Below, piece after piece: positions 49,991-59,701 of a stretch of 64,000 bases of DNA. A program made the translations under genes and the position numbers. The stretch spans positions 32,001 to 96,000 of the forward strand of contig JAZDJQ010000018.1 in NCBI GenBank assembly GCA_043803765.1. Direction: 5' to 3'. Each line of letters opens with the position of its first letter. Positions within the stretch are counted from its first letter, which is position 1. The notes below the pieces were generated by a model. The model worked only from the letters and a program-made list of their open reading frames with translations. It made no database searches and had not been told where the DNA came from. This stretch comes from Candidatus Iainarchaeum sp. GTDB taxonomy: Archaea; Iainarchaeota; Iainarchaeia; Iainarchaeales; VGJJ01.

Positions 49991-50462
49991 GGGTGCACAA
50001 CAGAAGGTTCAAGCATTGCTATCTCAGGTTTCCCCCGAGTTTATGGAATTAACCGCCGACATTTCCGAGGTCATAAAGCAGGCTAATAATCCAATGCTCA
50101 TCGCCGCACTGCTCTACAAATTAGCCCAGGAACGCCATCAAACAAACGAACTCATCAAACAGATGGAAAACAAGTATGACGAATTATCCTTCCAATTAAA
50201 GACAAATGGAATGGGCTCCTCCCTCCCAACTCCCAACCAACCGAGCGGAGCTCATTCCATTTCCATTCTACCCGAACAGGACCAAAAAATAATGAAACTC
50301 GTAGAGAGTCATCAAAAAATTGACGCACAACTTGTAAAAGAAAAACTAGGATACAAGAATCCCAATGCCGCATCGCAGCGGTTGAATATTCTCGTTAGAG
50401 CAGGATACTTAGGAAAAATCCAGTCCGGAAAAAAGGTGGTGTTCATTCGAGCGAATGTATGA
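49977..50462 (+). CDS. Coiled-coil plus C-terminal wHTH regulator
   Basis: LPEQDQKIM...DAQLVKEKLGYKNPNAASQRLN.L...G.L.K...GKKV.F. Confidence 0.75.
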   Translation: MTTHEGAQQKVQALLSQVSPEFMELTADISEVIKQANNPMLIAALLYKLAQERHQTNELIKQMENKYDELSFQLKTNGMGSSLPTPNQPSGAHSISILPEQDQKIMKLVESHQKIDAQLVKEKLGYKNPNAASQRLNILVRAGYLGKIQSGKKVVFIRANV

Positions 50463-50678
50463 TACTTCAATCATTTAATTTCATCAACCGGCCGCGGGGT
50501 TTTCAACCTCTCTAACTCCCAACCAAATGAGAAAAAAATCCCGCGCCCCGGCTGATACTTCAGGAAATAAAGAACCAACCCAATTTGCCTACCAAATAAA
50601 AACCAACCCAACCCGGAGCGGGACTCTCACAAGGAGTCCCCTCCTTCTCTTTTTATTATTTTTCCATCCTTCAAAACT

Positions 50679-50842
50679 AAACTACGGCGGGCTGAAGCCC
50701 GCCGGGTTTCACTTCCAATGCGCAGCATTTTTCCGTCAACGCTTTTGCTCGGCAAAAGGGTTGGTGAACGACTTGCCGAGAACTCAACACAAAGCCGATT
50801 CATCCACCCGCTAAAAGCAGGCAGGGTTCTCGGCAAGGGGTT
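50679..50842. mobile_element. IS200/IS605-like miniature (PATE/MITE-like) element
   Basis: Left end AACTAC+GGCGGGCTGAAGCCCGCC hairpin; right end ATTCATCCACCCGCTAAAAGCAGGCAGGG; internal IR CTTGCCGAGAAC/GTTCTCGGCAAG; no transposase. Confidence 0.5.
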
Positions 50843-51439
50843 CTAATACGTTTTCTTAATCCACATTCCAATCGAAATACCCAAAACAACCAAACAAAAA
50901 CCCATCACGAATAATTCCCCCCATGGAATGTAGAACGCACCGTTTGCAATTAATTCTCCCGCATGCAATGCCGTATCCGCCGGAGCGTCCATCACCGTAT
51001 TCTCGAGCACGCCCCCCGCACTTTCAGAAACAACAGAAGCTGATTTAGCTAACATTGTTTCCGCTTCCAATGAATTTGAAAAAAAATCATTCGCATTCCC
51101 AAAAAAACGAACATACGCCAAGTAACTCGTTACGGCAACACCTAACAAACTTGTTCCTAACAACACAAGAATACGATTATCTTGCGGCTGCAACAATGCT
51201 TTCCCTTTCACGGTGAGTTCAATATATTTCCACTTATGACCATCTCCCACCTCCCTCACCAATCCTGCTTTCAGAAGAATATCCACGTGCTCCTTAATCG
51301 TAGGAGGAGATAGATTGAGTTCTTTAGAAAGCTCGGATTGAATTTTTCTCCTTTCCAAAAGGGACTTCAAAACAAGAATGCGCGTCTCGCCCGCTAACGC
51401 TTTGAATACTTCCTGATTAAGGGTAATATCGGGGGACAT
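50843..51439 (-). CDS. ArsR-family wHTH with two C-terminal TM helices
   Basis: FKALAGETRILVLKSL...SELSKELNLSPPTIKEHVDIL..AGLV; two TM segments. Confidence 0.85.
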   Translation of the reverse strand: MSPDITLNQEVFKALAGETRILVLKSLLERRKIQSELSKELNLSPPTIKEHVDILLKAGLVREVGDGHKWKYIELTVKGKALLQPQDNRILVLLGTSLLGVAVTSYLAYVRFFGNANDFFSNSLEAETMLAKSASVVSESAGGVLENTVMDAPADTALHAGELIANGAFYIPWGELFVMGFCLVVLGISIGMWIKKTY

Positions 51440-51589
51440 GAAGATAAATGCGCACCGAGGGACTTTAAAAGAGAATCAATACGCGAAGGGAAAAACCTTC
51501 CAATAAAAGAATACCCTCCGATTACCATTCTCCCGTTGACACATTCCTTATCACCTGCATGGTAATAAAAAAAAGCAAGCCCTGCCAAT

Positions 51590-52069
51590 TTATTCCCCGC
51601 CCAATTCTTGAATTTGAATGCGCAACGCCTCTATTTTCTTTTTACTATCCATCACTTCACTCAACGCAACATCCGCATCCAAATCTTTTACTTGCAGTTC
51701 AATACCCCCTTTCGTATTCCGATTGAATGCAACCCCTTTACCATAAGTAGTACGCAAATGGTCTAACAATTCCTCTTCCTGCAACACCCGCTTTAATTTC
51801 ATACTAATCAAATTTTTGAGCTTATTCAACTCCATAATGTGATTCTCTAATTCCTGCAGCACGTCTGTTTTTTTTGCATTTTCCCCACTAGCAGCAAAAG
51901 AAATAGGAACAGGTTCCAATCCCGCGTCCATCACCGCATCCGTTAACTCATCATGCTTTTTTCTCAACTTTTCAGCACGACGATCAAACAACGCAATATC
52001 GGAATCAATTTTTTTCAACAATGACTGGAGGACTTCCTCTCTACCTTTTAATGAAGTGGAAGGGGACAT
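51590..52069 (-). CDS. Coiled-coil hypothetical protein
   Basis: Heptad-rich helical sequence. Confidence 0.65.
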   Translation of the reverse strand: MSPSTSLKGREEVLQSLLKKIDSDIALFDRRAEKLRKKHDELTDAVMDAGLEPVPISFAASGENAKKTDVLQELENHIMELNKLKNLISMKLKRVLQEEELLDHLRTTYGKGVAFNRNTKGGIELQVKDLDADVALSEVMDSKKKIEALRIQIQELGGE

Positions 52070-52119
52070 GAGCGCACAACCCAACACGGGTTTAAATAGT
52101 TGGGTTTTTTCCTCCCATC

Positions 52120-53430
52120 ATGGCCTCTAACCAAATCAACATGGATTTCGCATCCAAAAATACGGTAGTAGGGCGCGAAGCAGAATACTTGAAAAAGTAT
52201 GGGGAAGAGGGGACTGCGTACATTGGAAAAGTCGTCATGTCGAGCGGGGAAAACCCCGTGTTGGGAAGAAAAGTATTAATGGATGTAGCCAGCCCCCACG
52301 TGGTGTTGATATGCGGCAAGAGGGGTGGGGGAAAAAGCTATAGTCTAGGAGTACTCATTGAAGAATTTGCAAAGTTAGCCCCCGAACTCAAACGAAGAAC
52401 GTCATTAATTGTAGTGGATATGGTGGGAATATTCTGGACATTGAAAGTGCCAGCCAGAGGAAACGAAAAAGAATTATTAGAATGGGGACTCACTCCCGAA
52501 TCATTGCCCGTTCGAATACTGGTTCCAAAGGGAAAAATAGACTTTTACAAAGAAAAACAAATACCGGTTGATGAAGCATTAACACTACGCTGTTCAGAAT
52601 TAGATATCACGGAATGGATGGCATTATTCCGATTCACATGGCATGATGCCGAAGCCATTTTGTTAGGAAGAATAATTGAAAAATTGAAAGAACAACTCGG
52701 AACGCGATTTGGAATGGATGACATTCTCACCGCTATTTCACGCGATGAGGAATCGGACAAACTCACGCAACAATCGCTCAAAAACAGAATCGAGATGGCA
52801 AAAGGATGGGGATTATTAGAAAAAGAAGGAACCAAAATGAAAGACATTGCTGAAGCGGGAAAAATAACCGTGATTGATGTTTCAGCATACCGGCAAGCCA
52901 TTGGAATGGAAGGAACAAAAGATATTATTGTCGCATTATTAGGAAAAAAATTGTTTGAAGAACGCATGTTATATCGAAAAGAGGAAGAAATAAGGTTGAT
53001 GAAAGGACTTGGAAGAGAAAGTGGCATGCCTATTGTGTGGCTGATGATTGATGAAGCCCATATGTTCATGCCAAAAGACGAACCCAATATTGCACTCAAC
53101 GTGTTATTGGAATGGGTGCGCGTAGGAAGACAACCCGGGTTAAGTTTAGTATTAGCCACGCAACGGCCGAACAAATTGCACCCGGATGCCATTTCCCAAT
53201 GCGACTTATTCATTTCCCACCGCATGACCGCACAAGATGATATCATGGCCGTTTCTCAACTACGACCAACGTATATGCACGGGGACTTTGACAAAATATA
53301 TGCCGAAATGCCCCGAGGAAGAGGATACGCATTATTACTCGATGACAACGCCGAAAGCATCTATACCATCCGCATGAGACCGCGCACGACATGGGATGGC
53401 GGGGTAACGGCAAGCGCATTCACGAAATAG
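52120..53430 (+). CDS. HerA/FtsK-superfamily (DUF87-like) ATPase
   Basis: HVVLICGKRGGGKSY, IDEAH, GRQPGLSLVLATQRP. Confidence 0.85.
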   Translation: MASNQINMDFASKNTVVGREAEYLKKYGEEGTAYIGKVVMSSGENPVLGRKVLMDVASPHVVLICGKRGGGKSYSLGVLIEEFAKLAPELKRRTSLIVVDMVGIFWTLKVPARGNEKELLEWGLTPESLPVRILVPKGKIDFYKEKQIPVDEALTLRCSELDITEWMALFRFTWHDAEAILLGRIIEKLKEQLGTRFGMDDILTAISRDEESDKLTQQSLKNRIEMAKGWGLLEKEGTKMKDIAEAGKITVIDVSAYRQAIGMEGTKDIIVALLGKKLFEERMLYRKEEEIRLMKGLGRESGMPIVWLMIDEAHMFMPKDEPNIALNVLLEWVRVGRQPGLSLVLATQRPNKLHPDAISQCDLFISHRMTAQDDIMAVSQLRPTYMHGDFDKIYAEMPRGRGYALLLDDNAESIYTIRMRPRTTWDGGVTASAFTK

Positions 53431-53500
53431 GGAAAAAAAACCATTCTTTCGAGACTCGTTCCAACACCCCTTAAAAGGAAGTTGAGTCCGTTTCTGCCAT

Positions 53501-54820
53501 ATGGTTCATGAGTATACGCAAAAGCGCGCATCCGAGAAGTGGCGCATGATCGGATTACTTGTCTATTTCCTTTTTGTTGGAATAGTCGCATATGGAGTAT
53601 TCACGCTCCCCCTTTTTCACATTATGATTAGTTTTTCCATCCTATTTCTATACCTCGGGTGTTTTTTTCTATTAACGTATATCGAACATGAACGAAAACC
53701 TACTCCCATTCTACAGAAATGGCCCTCGCTCGCCATTGTGATTCCTGCCTACAACAGGGGGGAAAGCCTCCGAACATGCCTCGAGTGTGTGACAAAAATA
53801 CAGTATCCAAAAAAAATGCAGATTTTAGTCGTGGATGACGCTTCCACGGACCACACGCAACAAATATTAGAAGAATTCAAGAAGAAAGGAATTCAATCCA
53901 TCCGACAACCCCAGAATGGGGGAAAATCCCACGCCATCAACACGGGAATAAAAAAAGTAAAAGGAGAAATCATCGTCGTGATGGACGGGGACAGTTATCC
54001 CGCCCCTGACTCGGTAATGAAACTCGTCCCTAATTTTTATTCCCATGAAAACGTAGGAGCAGTTACTACGATTGTACGCGTGCATAATCGAAAAGGATTA
54101 CTGCAACGTATCCAAGAAGTAGAATATTTCCTCGAATTCGGCCTCAAAAATTCCGTGCTGAACACGCTGGACTCGCTTTATGTAACACCCGGGCCATTAT
54201 CCGCGTACAAAAGAGAAGCATTAGAGAAAGCAGGAGGATACGATGAACACAACATCACGGAAGACATGGAAATAACATTCCATTTACACAAATTAGGATA
54301 CCGTATTGTATTAGAACCGGACGCGCAAGTATTCACCGATGTCCCGGATACGATTCCAAAATTATACAAACAAAGACAACGATGGAGCTATGGGGGGTGG
54401 CAAACCATTCACAAATACAGGAAAGACTTATTCTCCAAACAAAAATTCTTTTTTAGAATATTTTTTCCTCTACGCGTATTACTCGATATTTCTGCCGTAT
54501 TTTTCCTCATGCTTGCCACACGAATGGGAATGGGATATTTCCACGACATCCAAGGAACACTCACAGCATATTCCACCATTTCATTCGAAACGATTGTTTT
54601 TCCGCCGTTCTATTTGAACAGCCACGTTCTCCTCTATCTTCTCATTGTAGTACTAACATTACTCATGGCCTATTTTGGAACACGGGCGGCAGGAGCACCC
54701 GCACGGCAACTATCACCACTGGGAATATTCCTATTCCTTTCAATCTATTGGGTATTCATCATCTTCATTCAGGCTACGAGCTTATTACGCATTATTTATG
54801 GAGGAAGACAAAAATGGTGA
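53501..54820 (+). CDS. Processive GT2 glycosyltransferase (PgaC/cellulose-synthase-like)
   Basis: IPAYN, DDAS, GKSHA, DGD, TED, QRQRW, multiple TMs. Confidence 0.92.
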   Translation: MVHEYTQKRASEKWRMIGLLVYFLFVGIVAYGVFTLPLFHIMISFSILFLYLGCFFLLTYIEHERKPTPILQKWPSLAIVIPAYNRGESLRTCLECVTKIQYPKKMQILVVDDASTDHTQQILEEFKKKGIQSIRQPQNGGKSHAINTGIKKVKGEIIVVMDGDSYPAPDSVMKLVPNFYSHENVGAVTTIVRVHNRKGLLQRIQEVEYFLEFGLKNSVLNTLDSLYVTPGPLSAYKREALEKAGGYDEHNITEDMEITFHLHKLGYRIVLEPDAQVFTDVPDTIPKLYKQRQRWSYGGWQTIHKYRKDLFSKQKFFFRIFFPLRVLLDISAVFFLMLATRMGMGYFHDIQGTLTAYSTISFETIVFPPFYLNSHVLLYLLIVVLTLLMAYFGTRAAGAPARQLSPLGIFLFLSIYWVFIIFIQATSLLRIIYGGRQKW

Positions 54821-55464
54821 CTAATATTTTTGTACGCGCGGGAATATTCACCGTCATCGTTCTTATCGCATGGTTTCTATTATCCACCGCATTGGAAGGA
54901 GAACGCAACACGCTCTTATTAGGAAAAATTGATACGGTGATTGCAGAGGAAAGCGCGGTAGGAGCTTATCTGGATTATTTAGAAAGCACGGGGAATGTAG
55001 AACGATATTGCCATGTGTTAGAGGAACATATCCAAATTCAAAACGAACGATTATTTTCACTTTTAGCATTACTGGATGAAGCAAGACAGAATAGTTTGCA
55101 AAACCAATACCCTGTTGTTAGACAACGATTCCAATCCGCCAACGCCCGGCTCTTTTTCTCATTGCAAACATACAATTACAAGTGCCCGGCAACCGACCAA
55201 TTGAAACAACCCATCCTATATTTCTTCCCCGATAACATGCCCTGCTCCGATTGTTTGTTACAAGCCCAAATATTAGATGAAATACGCGACACGTGCAGCA
55301 CCCCTATCCAAATATTCGCATTCCCGGTAGAAGGAGGAATCGAAACCGTGGAATTACTCGTGAAAGACTATGGGATTGAAACCACCCCTAGCCTAGTTAT
55401 TAACAACGAGGTATTGAAAGGAGTTCAATCAAAAGGTGGGCTTATGCAGCTCCTGAACTGCTAA
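54814..55464 (+). CDS. Membrane-anchored thioredoxin-like protein
   Basis: N-terminal TM; YFF...CSDC; cis-Pro loop YGIETTPSLVIN. Confidence 0.7.
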   Translation: MVTNIFVRAGIFTVIVLIAWFLLSTALEGERNTLLLGKIDTVIAEESAVGAYLDYLESTGNVERYCHVLEEHIQIQNERLFSLLALLDEARQNSLQNQYPVVRQRFQSANARLFFSLQTYNYKCPATDQLKQPILYFFPDNMPCSDCLLQAQILDEIRDTCSTPIQIFAFPVEGGIETVELLVKDYGIETTPSLVINNEVLKGVQSKGGLMQLLNC

Positions 55465-56733
55465 CTACCCGCGCCAAACCTTCAACACATACGATTCGGG
55501 CTGTGGTTCACAATCAGAGCTAGACAGAACAACATAGAAAGCCGTTTCCTCAACCGCAAAGCGAGTCCTCACTTCGGGAGACACAAGAGATTGATCAAAA
55601 ACCACAAGCTTCGCACCTTGCGAGAGAAATAGTTCAAAATCATTTTTTCCCGGCAAAGGCTCTGCCACGATATTTTGTGAATAGAAATTCACCCATTTAT
55701 CACTCATGACACGGCAGTCATGCAGAGCGGGAAGATCAGGAAGGTGCAGGGGGATGAAAGTGAATGAAACCAATCCGATTCCAGATACGAGCAGTGAAAC
55801 GAACAGGATTCCAAACATCAAACGGGAGTGAGGCGCGCTCGTAGATGAGACCAAAAACGTTTGAGATGGAATAGTCGGAAGCAAAAAACGGGACTCTTTG
55901 ATGCCCGAAAAAAGGACCATTATGAACGAAATGATACCAATGGCAGTCCATTTCCACTCTTTTTGAAAGTGGGCATGCTGGGTCATTAAAATAATGAAGT
56001 AAACGGATAATGGAAAAAGAACCGAAATATCAGGAATAGTAAAGACTCCTTTCTGAATGACATTCAAGTAAAATGATTCATCGACGCTGAAGAATGCGTT
56101 TCCTGTGAGTGAATAATTATACCACAGCCAAGGAACCCAAACAATAATAGATGAAATCGAAAATGAGACAATGGACTTTCGATAATGATAAAATAAAATG
56201 GGTAAAAAGAATAGGTAATTGTAGCGCGAAAGCGTAGCCAAACCAAATAAAGCCCCACCCATCCAAGGGCGAGGAACGAGAAAGGATAAAATCAGAAATG
56301 CCAATGCAAAAATATCTCCCCCCCCATTCGAATGAATTAGAATAGTAGGAAAAAGAAACGCAAAAAGTGAAAATGAAATACTATTTATTTTTTCTTTCTT
56401 GGAAAAATGATAATATAGCCAAACAACGGCAATGAAATAAAGAATCGAAGCCAACATTATCGAAAGGAAGGGAGCCCAACCCCCTGCACCCGCTAAACAA
56501 TGTACCGCACCCGGCAGGGGCGGGCGTAACCACTCAAAATAGTTCCCCACTCCGCAAAACCATTCTCCATGCAATGCATAAACAATAGGATCCCACCACC
56601 CTGAGAACAACCAATAAAGTTGCACCACAAAAAAGATCAAAAAACTCAATAGGAGAACGCGTGGAAGACGAAGTGTTTCATATTCAAACCATAATCGAAT
56701 GCCCCGGAGTATCGACTGAGGGAAAGAATTCAC
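55465..56733 (-). CDS. GT-C (PMT/ArnT-like) membrane glycosyltransferase
   Basis: WDPIVY...E..RPP, GLATLSRY, PWLWYN...GN; many TMs. Confidence 0.75.
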   Translation of the reverse strand: MNSFPQSILRGIRLWFEYETLRLPRVLLLSFLIFFVVQLYWLFSGWWDPIVYALHGEWFCGVGNYFEWLRPPLPGAVHCLAGAGGWAPFLSIMLASILYFIAVVWLYYHFSKKEKINSISFSLFAFLFPTILIHSNGGGDIFALAFLILSFLVPRPWMGGALFGLATLSRYNYLFFLPILFYHYRKSIVSFSISSIIVWVPWLWYNYSLTGNAFFSVDESFYLNVIQKGVFTIPDISVLFPLSVYFIILMTQHAHFQKEWKWTAIGIISFIMVLFSGIKESRFLLPTIPSQTFLVSSTSAPHSRLMFGILFVSLLVSGIGLVSFTFIPLHLPDLPALHDCRVMSDKWVNFYSQNIVAEPLPGKNDFELFLSQGAKLVVFDQSLVSPEVRTRFAVEETAFYVVLSSSDCEPQPESYVLKVWRG

Positions 56734-56800
56734 CTATTGAAAAAGAAAGGAACCTACTTATTTCTTTGTATTACAGGCAGTAAATATAACTCTTGTCGAG

Positions 56801-57136
56801 TTAGCATTCGCATGCTAACCCTAACGCGCACGATTCGAGACGCGAGTTAATCCTTTTCTGTTCGGCAAAAGAAGCAGTAGAACACTCCTTCCGTAAACGC
56901 ATAATTTCAGCATTATGACACCGCACCTGCTCCTCGTATTTCCGCGTCATATCATCCAGCCGTGCCTGCATAATCCTCAATCGACGCAGGGTAAGGGCTC
57001 GAAAAAGTTGTGCATCCCTACTCTGCTTTCGAAAAACGTTCTTGCAACACTTCGAGACAAACATGAACGACAACCAATTACAACGCGTGTCACCGATTCT
57101 TTTAATAGCGCTAACGCCGCTCAAAACACTAGACAT
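56801..57136 (-). CDS. Small Cys-containing coiled-coil orphan
   Basis: 111-aa ORF with GGGAG upstream; co-oriented with tandem paralogs. Confidence 0.5.
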   Translation of the reverse strand: MSSVLSGVSAIKRIGDTRCNWLSFMFVSKCCKNVFRKQSRDAQLFRALTLRRLRIMQARLDDMTRKYEEQVRCHNAEIMRLRKECSTASFAEQKRINSRLESCALGLACEC

Positions 57137-57293
57137 ATAGGGACTCCCTGTCGACTATAATATAGTGGCCTGCAGGCCGCCACGCCGACAGGAACCCAAA
57201 ACACTCACAAGAACTAAAACGAGACCGGCGACCTTTCATCCGCCGGTCCTAACAGACCAGCGGTATTCCCGGTCGCTTAGAATAAAAAAAAAA

Positions 57294-57590
57294 TCAGCGA
57301 CCCGATAGTTTCTGAATAAGCGTGGAGAGATTCTTTATTTTGGTTTCCAATCCCCTGCAATCGGAACGAGCACGTGCTAATTGTTCTTTCAACAACTCTT
57401 TTCTCGGAGCATGTTCACCAATCTCCCTCTCCAATCGAATAATAGCCAATCTTCTTCGAATCAAATCCCTCGACAAACCACCAATCTTGATGCGATACAC
57501 ACGAACTCTGCGATTGATATCAAACGTTTCACGCCGCTCCTTGGATACCTTCCGCTTGAACCAAGCAGGGGATGATCTACGGGATGGCAT
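57294..57590 (-). CDS. Basic coiled-coil orphan (paralog A, 98 aa)
   Basis: YRIKIGGLSRDL.RR..AIIRL.RE...L.EQL.R shared with 57690-57986. Confidence 0.75.
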   Translation of the reverse strand: MPSRRSSPAWFKRKVSKERRETFDINRRVRVYRIKIGGLSRDLIRRRLAIIRLEREIGEHAPRKELLKEQLARARSDCRGLETKIKNLSTLIQKLSGR

Positions 57591-57689
57591 GAACGATCCT
57601 AATAATAATGGAGAATAAAAAAACCACCTACGGAACCCTCTCCATAAACCATCAGAGAAAAAGAACACAAAGAAGAATAAAATTCCTCA

Positions 57690-57986
57690 TTACGAAGACA
57701 TCTTACGGATAAGGGCAGTAAGAGTCTCTATCTTCTCCTGTATTCTCGCAAATTCAATACAATCACGACTCAACTGTTCCAGCAGTATCTTACTATCTGG
57801 AGGATTCTCATTCAACTCCCTCCTTAATCGGATAATGGCTCTTTGCCGAACATCCAAATCCCTACTCAATCCAGCAATCTTTACACGATACTCACGAATG
57901 GTTCTTGCTACACTATGCGCCGATGACTGATAACGAGCGGCCTTACTTTTCCTACGACGAAAAGGAGCCGGACCACGCGGAGACAT
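57690..57986 (-). CDS. Basic coiled-coil orphan (paralog B, 98 aa)
   Basis: YRVKIAGLSRDLDVRQRAIIRLRRE; same length as paralog A. Confidence 0.75.
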   Translation of the reverse strand: MSPRGPAPFRRRKSKAARYQSSAHSVARTIREYRVKIAGLSRDLDVRQRAIIRLRRELNENPPDSKILLEQLSRDCIEFARIQEKIETLTALIRKMSS

Positions 57987-58084
57987 AAAACCGAAAAGAA
58001 ACTTGCTCCATAAAAGGATGACCCTAAAAAAAACATATTCCGGAAGTCCAACCAAAAAAAGAACCCCTGATAGCAAAAACAAAA

Positions 58085-58156
58085 TAGGCCCGGGCAGAGT
58101 CGAACTGCCGTCTCGACCGTGTGAAGGTCGTGTGATAACCGTTACACTACGGGCCT
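58085..58156 (-). tRNA. tRNA-Val(CAC)
   Basis: AGGCCCG/CGGGCCT-A; anticodon arm CGACC-TTCACAC-GGTCG; GTTCGACT T loop. Confidence 0.93.
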
Positions 58157-58263
58157 TTCCTCTCAAAGAAAGGAGCAAAAAAGGCTTATAAAACACGGGT
58201 AGGAAACCCATCCCTTTTGAGAAGAGGGCGAACTTATAAATCAAAAAGGAGTGTTTCACTCGC

Positions 58264-59247
58264 ATGACACGGCATACTTTTTGGATACTCGGATTTCTTC
58301 TATTACTTACTCCAGTGTTAGCCCTTGAATTGGACGCCCCTGAACAAGTCCCATCGTATTCCCCCTTCACGTTCAGAGTGATTCTCCCCTCAACCGAGGC
58401 ATTTTCTACCGCCACGATTATGTTCGACAATATCGGGGTTGCCACGATTTACAACTCAGGAACGTGTCTCATTCAACCTGACTGGATTCCTTTTTTGATT
58501 CACTGCAAAACGTACGATACCGACCCAAAAACAAACGAAGGATTAACTGCCATCATTACGCACACGGGATTTGCTAAAGGAATTCATACCATTTCAATTC
58601 AATCACAAGGAATAGAAGGAAGCTTTTCCAGCACCGAAGTGAAAGTGATTACCCCGCTCGAAGACACGTATAAGGATGAGTTAAATAGTGAGATAACAAA
58701 CGTAAAAGGACGCGTGGAAGAGTTAGAAACATTTTCGCAAGGAGCCCAGCAAAAAATAAATGAAACACAATCCCAACTCGAACAAACGATTCATGAAACA
58801 GGAGAAAAAATCAACACGCTCAAAGACTTGTTAAGTGCCCAATTCAAAAATGCAGAAAAAGTAGTCCAACAATCAAGTGAAACGTTTACCATTCCCTTCT
58901 TATCAGGCAATGGCACGGGGCTTGCAACAGGAGTGAACGCACCCGTATTAGGCATTCTCCTGATTGTAGCATTTGCATCATTAATCCTATTTGCAGGAAT
59001 AGGAAGGAAAAAGAAAACAGGTTTTGGAGGAATCATCCCAAAAGACAATACTCCATTCCTCGCAGGAAATTTAGACACACTATTCAAAGGACTACCCGAA
59101 AAAAAGAATATGGAAGAACGAATTTCTCCCCAACCCAAAAAATGGTCGTCGGATGTAGAAGAGGAATTGCGTGATGATATTGAAAACAATCCGCCTGAAA
59201 AAAGCAAAGTGAACTTTGGTGACCTTATTCGGAATGAAAGGGATTGA
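58264..59247 (+). CDS. Secreted coiled-coil protein with C-terminal TM
   Basis: Signal peptide, Ig-like N domain, coiled coil, TGLATG motif + TM + basic tail. Confidence 0.75.
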   Translation: MTRHTFWILGFLLLLTPVLALELDAPEQVPSYSPFTFRVILPSTEAFSTATIMFDNIGVATIYNSGTCLIQPDWIPFLIHCKTYDTDPKTNEGLTAIITHTGFAKGIHTISIQSQGIEGSFSSTEVKVITPLEDTYKDELNSEITNVKGRVEELETFSQGAQQKINETQSQLEQTIHETGEKINTLKDLLSAQFKNAEKVVQQSSETFTIPFLSGNGTGLATGVNAPVLGILLIVAFASLILFAGIGRKKKTGFGGIIPKDNTPFLAGNLDTLFKGLPEKKNMEERISPQPKKWSSDVEEELRDDIENNPPEKSKVNFGDLIRNERD

Positions 59248-59309
59248 ATTGGTTTTCGCATCCATCTCCTGCTCCTTTAAATGTATTTCAACACCAAGTT
59301 CCTGTATCT

Positions 59310-59393
59310 GCAGGAGTAGCGAAGCGGTCAAACGTGTTGGCCTTAGAAGCCAATGGCTTAGTGCCTTCGGAGGTTCGAATCCTCCCTCCTGCA
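59310..59393 (+). tRNA. tRNA-Leu(TAG)
   Basis: GCAGGAG/CTCCTGC-A; TTGGC-CTTAGAA-GCCAA; long variable arm; TTTAAA promoter ~30 nt upstream. Confidence 0.95.
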
Positions 59394-59425
59394 TTAAATT
59401 CGTATCAAAAAAAATGGAAAAAAAA

Positions 59426-59701
59426 GGCTCCGTGGTATAGCTGGATAATTTCAACGGTCGCCACGACGAGCTATTGGGTAGGGTTTTCAATCCTATTGTA
59501 GACCAATCTGCTGCATGCCCGCGTGGTGCAGTCGGCCGATTTCGCACGGCCACCACGAGGGACTACATGGTTGGATTTTCAATCCAACAGTAGGTCAATC
59601 ATTGTACACTGCCTGTGTGGTGTAGTCCGCCGTTTTCGTCCGGCGGCACCGACGGACTAACGCAGGATTTAACAATCCTGCAATAGGCCAAATAAAATAC
59701 G
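59426..59701 (+). repeat. Three tandem tRNA-5'-linked ~92-bp structured units
   Basis: Units at 59426, 59517, 59611 (tRNA at 59702); each begins with a copy of GCCCGTGTGGTGTAGTC; covarying hairpins. Confidence 0.85.

Noticed and set aside
52545-53246. Long antisense ORFs here and throughout the ORF track
   Set aside because: Opposite to confidently identified genes and explained by codon bias (Ser/Phe/Ile-rich shadows)
59092-59556. ORFs overlapping tRNA-Leu and the repeats (also 41342-41590 and the 5' extension of 57690-58445)
   Set aside because: They overlap well-formed tRNA genes and are shadow ORFs
59426-59701. Split, permuted or intron-containing tRNA genes
   Set aside because: Units hold only ~17 nt of tRNA 5' sequence, with no anticodon or T arm and no clear bulge-helix-bulge; full tRNAs follow directly
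59426-59701. Known ribozyme (HDV/theta, pistol, hammerhead) or integron attC sites
   Set aside because: Pairing order is loosely HDV-like, but P1.1/P4 and the catalytic J4/2 cannot be assigned; no CUGAUGA core; no RYYYAAC/GTTRRRY pair or cassette ORFs
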